Below are positions 60,881-64,000 of a stretch of DNA of 64,000 bases, piece by piece (the first letter of the stretch is position 1; each line of letters opens with the position of its first letter). Made by a program: the position numbers and the translations under genes. The stretch is from the human T2T-CHM13v2.0 reference genome, Homo sapiens. The stretch covers positions 38,432,001-38,496,000 of the forward strand of contig CP068257.2 in NCBI GenBank assembly GCA_009914755.4, given 5' to 3'. A model generated the notes under the pieces. That model saw nothing but the letters and a program-made list of their open reading frames with translations, was not told the DNA's origin and searched no databases.

Positions 60881-61032
60881 CTGTGAATAGGATAACAGGG
60901 AAAAAAGACCACTATTAAATGATAAACTTATAAAAAACAACATCGACTTCCCTTCCACTTTCTTAAAGAATAGAAGTCAAATAAATAGGCAAAAATTGCA
61001 CACAAAAAACTGAGAAGATTTAGAACCACATT

Positions 61033-63098
61033 CCATATCTATTGAGATAATCATGTAGTTTTTGTCTTTACTTCTGTTTATGTGATGAATCACATTTATT
61101 GATTGAGTATGTTGAACCAACCTTGCATCCTGGGAATAAAGCCTACTTGATCATGGTGGATAAGTGTATTAGCCCATTTTTATACTGCTATGAAGAAATA
61201 CCAGAGACTGTGTAATTTATAAAGAAAAAGAAGTTTAATGGACTCACAGTTCCACATGGCTGGGGAGGCTTTAAAATCATGGCAGAAGGCGAAGGAGGAG
61301 CAAAGGCATGTTTTACATGGTGGCAGACAAGAGAGGGTGTGCAGGGGAACTGCTCTTTATAAAACCATCAGAACTCATGAGACTTATTCACTATCATGAG
61401 AACAGCACAGGAAAATCCGCCCCCATGATTCAATTACCTTCCACCGGGTCTTTCCCATGACACATGGAGAAAATGTGAGGTACAATTCAAGAAGAGATTT
61501 GAGTGGAGACACAGCCAAACTATATCAATAAGCTTTTTGATGTATTGCTGGATTCAGTTTTTCAGTATTTTGTTGAGATTTCTGCATTGATGTTCATCAA
61601 GGATATTCTCCTGAAGTTTTCTTTTTTGTCATATCTCTGCCAGATTTGGGTATCAGGATGATGCTGGCCTCATAGAACGAGTTAGGAAGGAGTCCCCCCT
61701 CCTAGATTTTTTGGAATAGTTTCAATAGGAATGGTACCAGCTCTTCTTTGTATATCTTGTAGAATTCAGCCATGAATCCATCTAATCTTGGGCTTTTTTC
61801 ATTTGGTAGGCTACTTATTCCTGCCTCAACTTCAGAACTCATTATTGGTATGTTCGGGGATTCAATTTCTTCCTATTTCAGTCTTGGGAGAGTGTATGTG
61901 TTCAGGAATTTATCCATTTCTTCTAGGTTTTCTAGTTTATGTGCATAGAGGTGTTCATAATATTCTCTGATGGTTGTTTGTATTTCTGTGGGGCCAGTGG
62001 TAACATCCCACTTATTTATTCTGATTGTACTTGTTTGAATCTTGTCACTTTTTTTCTTTATTATCCTAGCTAGTGGTCTATTTTATTTTTTTTTTCAAAA
62101 AACTAGATCCTGGATTTGTTGATCCATTGAATGGTTTTTCATGTCTCTATCTCCTTCTGTTCAGCTCTGATTTTGATTATTTCTTGTCTTTTGCTAGCTT
62201 TGGGATTTGTTTGTTCTTGATTCTCTAGTTCTTCTAGCTGTGATGTTAGGTTGTTAACTTGAGACCTTTCTAACTTTTTGACGTGGGCATTTAGTACTAT
62301 AAATTTCTCTCTTAACACTGCCTTAGCAGTGTCTCAGAGATTCTGGTACATTGTATCTTTGTTCTTATTAGTTTCAAAGAACTTCTTGATTTCTGTCTTA
62401 ATTTCATTATTTACCCCCAAAGTCATTCAGGAGCAGGTCATTCAATTTCCATGTAATTTGTATAGTTTTAAGTGAATTTCTTAGTATTGATTTTGAATAT
62501 GATTGTGCTGTGGTCTGAGAGACTGTTACGACTTCAGTTCTTTTGCATTTGCTGAGGAGTGTTTTACTTCTGATTAATATGATCAATTTTACAGTAAGTG
62601 TCATATAGCAATGAGAAGAATGTATATTCTGTTGTTTGGGGGTGGAGAGTTCTGTAAATATCTTTCAGATCCATTTGAGTTCTGTAGATATTTATCAAAT
62701 CCATCTAATTCAGGACCTGAGCTCAGGTCCTGAATATCTTTGTTAATTTTTTGTCTCAATGATCTGTCTAATATTGTCAGTGGGGTGTTAAAGTCTCCCA
62801 CTGTTATTGGGTGGGAGTCTAAGTCTCTTTAATGGTCTCTAAGAACTTGCTTTATGAACCTGGGTGCTCCCGTGTTGGATGTATATATATTTAGGATAGT
62901 TAGATCTTCTTGAATTGAACCCTTTACCATTATGTAAAATATAGGATGATGTAAATTTAGGACAGTTAGATCTTTGTCTTTTTTGTTCTTTGTTGGTTTA
63001 AAGTCTGTTTTGTCAGAAACTAGGATTGCAACCCCTGCTTTTTTCTGTTTTTGATTTGCTTACTGGATTTTCCTCCATCCCTTTATTTTGAGCCAATG
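61033..63098 (-). mobile_element. L1 ORF2 segment in antisense orientation, running from the endonuclease domain to the start of the RT domain. It is interrupted by the THE1 LTR at 61165-61527. It is the inverted 5' part of a 5'-inverted L1.
   Basis: The minus-strand ORFs 62601..62801 (GDFNTPLTILDRSLRQKINKDIQDL…) and 62407..62604 (…LLSKCKRTEVVTVSQ…WKLNDLLLNDF) are L1 endonuclease peptides. The plus-strand text matches the classic antisense L1 string …ggattgcaacccctgcttttt…cctccatccctttattttgagcc. Confidence 0.8.
61165..61527 (-). mobile_element. THE1-type (MaLR) solo LTR, antisense, inserted into an L1 ORF2 sequence. The 5-bp TSD is ataag on both sides.
   Basis: The sequence starts tgtattagcccatttttatactgctatgaagaaataccagagactgtgtaatttataaagaaaaag. 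It ends at …gagtggagacacagccaaactatatca. The flanking L1 sequence cttgatcatggtggataag / ataagctttttgatgtattgctggattc is contiguous in the L1 consensus. Confidence 0.85.
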
Positions 63099-63100
63099 TG

Positions 63101-64000
63101 ATTATCTCAAATAGATGCAGAAAAGGCTTTTGGTAAAATCCAACATCCATTCATGTTAAAAACTCTCAATAAACTAGTTATTGAAGGAACACACCTCAAA
63201 GTATTATGACCCATATATGACAAACCCACAGCCAACATCATACTGAATGGGCAAAAGCTGGAAGTATTCCCCTTGAAAACTGGCACAAGACAAGGATGCC
63301 CTCTCTCACCACTCCTACTCAACACAGTATTGGAAGTTCTGGCCAGGGCAATCAGGCAAGAGAAAGAAATAAAAGGCATTCAAACAGGAAGAGAGGAAGT
63401 CAAACTATCCCTATTTGTAGATGGCATGATTCCATATCTAGAAAATGCCATCATCTCAGCCCAAAAGCTTCTTAAGCTGATAAACAACTTCAGTAAAGTC
63501 TCAGGATAGTGCGAAAATCACTAGCATTCCTATCCTCTAACAACAGTCAAGCTGAGAGCCAAATCAGGAATAAACTCCCATTCACAACTGCCACAAAAAG
63601 AATAAAGTACCTTGGAATGAAGCTAACTAGGATGGTGAGAGATCCCTACAAGGAGAACTACAAACTACTGCTCAAAGAAATCAGAGATGACACAAACAAA
63701 TGGAAAAACATTTCATGCTCATGAATAGGAAGAATCAATATCTTAAAATGGCTATACTACCCACGCAACTTATAGATTCATGCTATTCTCATTAAACTAC
63801 CATTAAGATTCTTCACAGAACTAGAAAAAACTATTTTAAAAATTCAGTTGGAACCAAAAAGAGCCCAAACAGCCAAGGCAATCCTAAGCAAAAAGAACAA
63901 AGCTAGAAGCATCATGCTACTGGACTTCAAACTATACTACAGGGCTACAGTAACCAAAACAGCATGGTTCTGGTACAAGAACAGACACATAGACCAATGG
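63101..64000 (+). mobile_element. L1 ORF2 reverse-transcriptase segment in sense orientation. It continues past the window end.
   Basis: The plus ORFs 63273..63509 (…[51 protein letters not shown]…) and 63509..63724 (…[37 protein letters not shown]) are L1 RT motifs. The sequence starts attatctcaaatagatgcagaaaaggcttttggtaaaatccaacatccattcatgttaaaaac, which reads [16 protein letters not shown]. Confidence 0.85.

Noticed and set aside
63273-63724. Two adjacent plus-strand ORFs with clear reverse-transcriptase motifs
   Set aside because: They are real homology, but they are fragments of a decayed L1 ORF2 with a frame break between them at 63509. They are listed as a mobile element, not as a host CDS.

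Overview
This window is human (primate) nuclear DNA, not a prokaryotic or accessory-genome region. Primate-specific Alu SINEs, THE1/MaLR solo LTRs, L1 fragments, MIR and hAT-type MITE relics fill most of it. The main biological content is a cluster of 10 coding exons on the minus strand. They splice together through canonical GT-AG sites and matching phases into one stop-free 496-codon reading frame (1489 nt). That frame encodes the end of an FN3 domain, an Ig domain, two FN3 domains, a single-pass transmembrane helix followed by an RRRRR stop-transfer motif, and the start of a cytoplasmic tail. From memory, the peptide (…[135 protein letters not shown]…) matches the membrane-proximal region of human DSCAM (Down syndrome cell adhesion molecule, chr21q22, minus-strand gene). 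The 5' exons (beyond 49075 towards 64000) and the terminal coding exon with the stop codon (presumably left of position 1) are not in the window. Everything else is intronic. It contains 9 Alu copies, several with intact target-site duplications (TSDs), including one nested inside an L1 ORF1/ORF2 fragment. It contains four THE1-type solo LTRs, each with a 5-bp TSD; two flank a coding exon as direct repeats, and one has inserted into an L1. It contains a 5'-inverted (twin-priming-type) L1 at the right edge, a ~300-bp polypurine/polypyrimidine tract, a (CA)21 microsatellite, a G-quadruplex motif and an AT-rich ~141-bp tandem duplication. I found no evidence of any undescribed system. The prompt's suggestion does not fit the sequence; this is an ordinary, transposon-rich intron/exon stretch of a well-known neuronal adhesion gene. 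The gene assignment (DSCAM rather than the paralog DSCAML1) rests on recall of the protein sequence and should be confirmed by alignment.
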